From Acidimicrobiales bacterium (GTDB lineage Bacteria; Actinomycetota; Acidimicrobiia; Acidimicrobiales; RAAP-2): a stretch of 64,000 nt of DNA. The stretch spans positions 6,307-70,306 of the forward strand of contig JBARLO010000056.1 in assembly GCA_049801955.1 (NCBI GenBank). The letters are read 5' to 3'. Both the position numbers and the translations under genes were made by a program. A model generated the notes under the pieces. That model was not told the origin of the DNA, did not search any database, and worked only from the letters and a program-made list of their open reading frames with translations. The first letter of the stretch is position 1. Each line of letters begins with the position of its first letter. Below are positions 63,438 to 64,000 of this stretch, in pieces.

Positions 63438-63701
63438 GTGGCACCAGCCGCGAAGAAGAAGGCTCCGGCCAAGAAGGCCCCAGCCAAGAAGAAGGCAGCC
63501 GCCAAGAAGGCTCCGGCCAAGAAGCGTGCCGTAGCGAAGAAGGCTCCCGCCAAGAAGCGTCCGGCCGCCAAGAAGGCTCCCGCCAAGAAGCGTGCGGCCG
63601 CCAAGAAGGCTCCGGCGAAGAAGAAGGCCGTAGCCCGTAAGGCTCCCGCCAAGAAGCGCCCGGCCGCCAAGAAGGCTGTCAAGCGTGCGGTGAAGAAGTA
63701 A
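63438..63701 (+). CDS. Lys/Ala/Pro-rich histone H1-like repetitive protein
   Basis: 87 aa of (A)KKAPAKK(R/K)xA(A/V) repeats. GTG start 7 nt after AAGGAGG. A strong terminator hairpin follows. Confidence 0.7.
   Translation: MAPAAKKKAPAKKAPAKKKAAAKKAPAKKRAVAKKAPAKKRPAAKKAPAKKRAAAKKAPAKKKAVARKAPAKKRPAAKKAVKRAVKK
63447..63680 (+). repeat. in-frame tandem repeat, unit about 33 nt (about 6 copies)
   Basis: GCC AAG AAG GCT CCN GCC AAG AAG CGN NNN GCC recurs with small variations and encodes AKKAPAKKRxA. Confidence 0.8.
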
Positions 63702-63729
63702 CTAGAACGACTCTGTAACTAAGAGTCGT

Positions 63730-63761
63730 CACTCGAGGGGGTCGAAAGACCCCCTCGAGTG
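63730..63761 (+). terminator. stem-loop terminator candidate (14-bp perfect stem, GAAA loop, no T-tract)
   Basis: CACTCGAGGGGGTC-GAAA-GACCCCCTCGAGTG lies 29 nt after the stop of the histone-like gene, between convergent genes. Confidence 0.6.
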
Positions 63762-63787
63762 CTGTGCGGGGGTGGTTCCCTCAGCGG

Positions 63788-64000
63788 TTACTGATCGCCG
63801 CGGTGGACGTCGCCCGGTTCATCGATGTCGAATCGCCAGGGGCTGTCGGTAATGACGCGACAGGCAACACCCAGGCGTGCGGCCTCTCGTTCGTGGGAGA
63901 TCGCCGAGGACTCACCGTAACTGAAGTGAAAGTTGATCCCAGTGGGCACCACCAAGACGTTCGTGCCGCGCCCGTGATGGTCGGTGATGATCGTGACCCC
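63788..64000 (-). CDS. hypothetical protein (partial; 5' end outside the window)
   Basis: Own translation of the minus strand is open to the window edge: GVTIITDHHGRGTNVLVVPTGINFHFSYGESSAISHEREAARLGVACRVITDSPWRFDIDEPGDVHRGDQ*. The stop TAA is at 63790-63788. Family not recognised. Confidence 0.4.
   Translation of the reverse strand, partial: GVTIITDHHGRGTNVLVVPTGINFHFSYGESSAISHEREAARLGVACRVITDSPWRFDIDEPGDVHRGDQ

Noticed and set aside
63447-63680. Considered whether the regular 33-nt repeats could be a CRISPR-like array
   Set aside because: The units are directly adjacent, with no spacers. They are in frame inside an ORF that has a Shine-Dalgarno and terminator, and they encode a coherent Lys/Ala repeat protein.
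63212-63682. 156-aa minus-strand ORF with FLAGAFLAA repeats
   Set aside because: It is the mirror image of the Lys/Ala tandem repeat (AAG/GCC codons read in antisense as CTT/GGC). It has no start-site support, whereas the plus-strand ORF has AAGGAGG plus a terminator.

Overview
This is a 64-kb high-GC (about 63-66% in most genes) chromosomal segment that looks actinobacterial. The support is the gene order lpd-E2-lipB/lipA near pepA, secA-prfB-ftsE-ftsX, an rmlD-rhamnosyltransferase pair, an LCP protein, many GTGA/ATGA-coupled genes, apparently leaderless starts, and Thr-rich linkers in exported proteins. Every product call comes from reading motifs in the supplied translations or my own translations; no database search was possible. 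In the ORF track, M can stand for GTG or TTG starts, and I moved several starts inward where a Shine-Dalgarno sequence or neighbouring gene supported it.

Most of the window is housekeeping:
- a YtrA-type GntR/ABC exporter operon
- cell-wall enzymes (PBP, Lgt, NlpC/P60, LCP, RmlD/GT2)
- a CitE/acyl-CoA dehydrogenase/MaoC acyl-CoA cluster
- MutY and oligopeptidase B
- a fragmented SUF Fe-S assembly locus with two SufC paralogues
- ThiE, Rrf2 and RNase HI
- Lpd and E2 with a fused LipB-LipA ORF
- PepA, a rhodanese-ThiF protein, biotin carboxylase, BirA, SecA, RF2, FtsEX, MsrB, Dxs and MoaC

I found no rRNA, tRNA, CRISPR array or transposase.

The most unusual locus is at 58.8-63.7 kb. A naturally fused PafBC-type double HTH-WYL regulator is followed 30 nt later by a helicase-less TrwC/TraI-type relaxase-domain protein. 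That gene converges on, and overlaps by 67 nt, a VirD4/TraG-type coupling ATPase that lacks a transmembrane anchor. GC content then drops to about 47%, there is an imperfect inverted repeat, and a Lys/Ala-rich tandem-repeat histone-like gene follows. No integrase or mating-pore genes are visible in the window.

Secondary observations:
- a lower-GC left edge carrying VapBC next to an acyl-CoA dehydrogenase remnant
- a frameshifted LLM/F420-type oxidoreductase
- a PemK/MazF-like domain fused to an unknown N-terminal domain
- extreme C-terminal poly-Thr tails on exported proteins
- two operator/promoter architectures that can be read directly from the sequence
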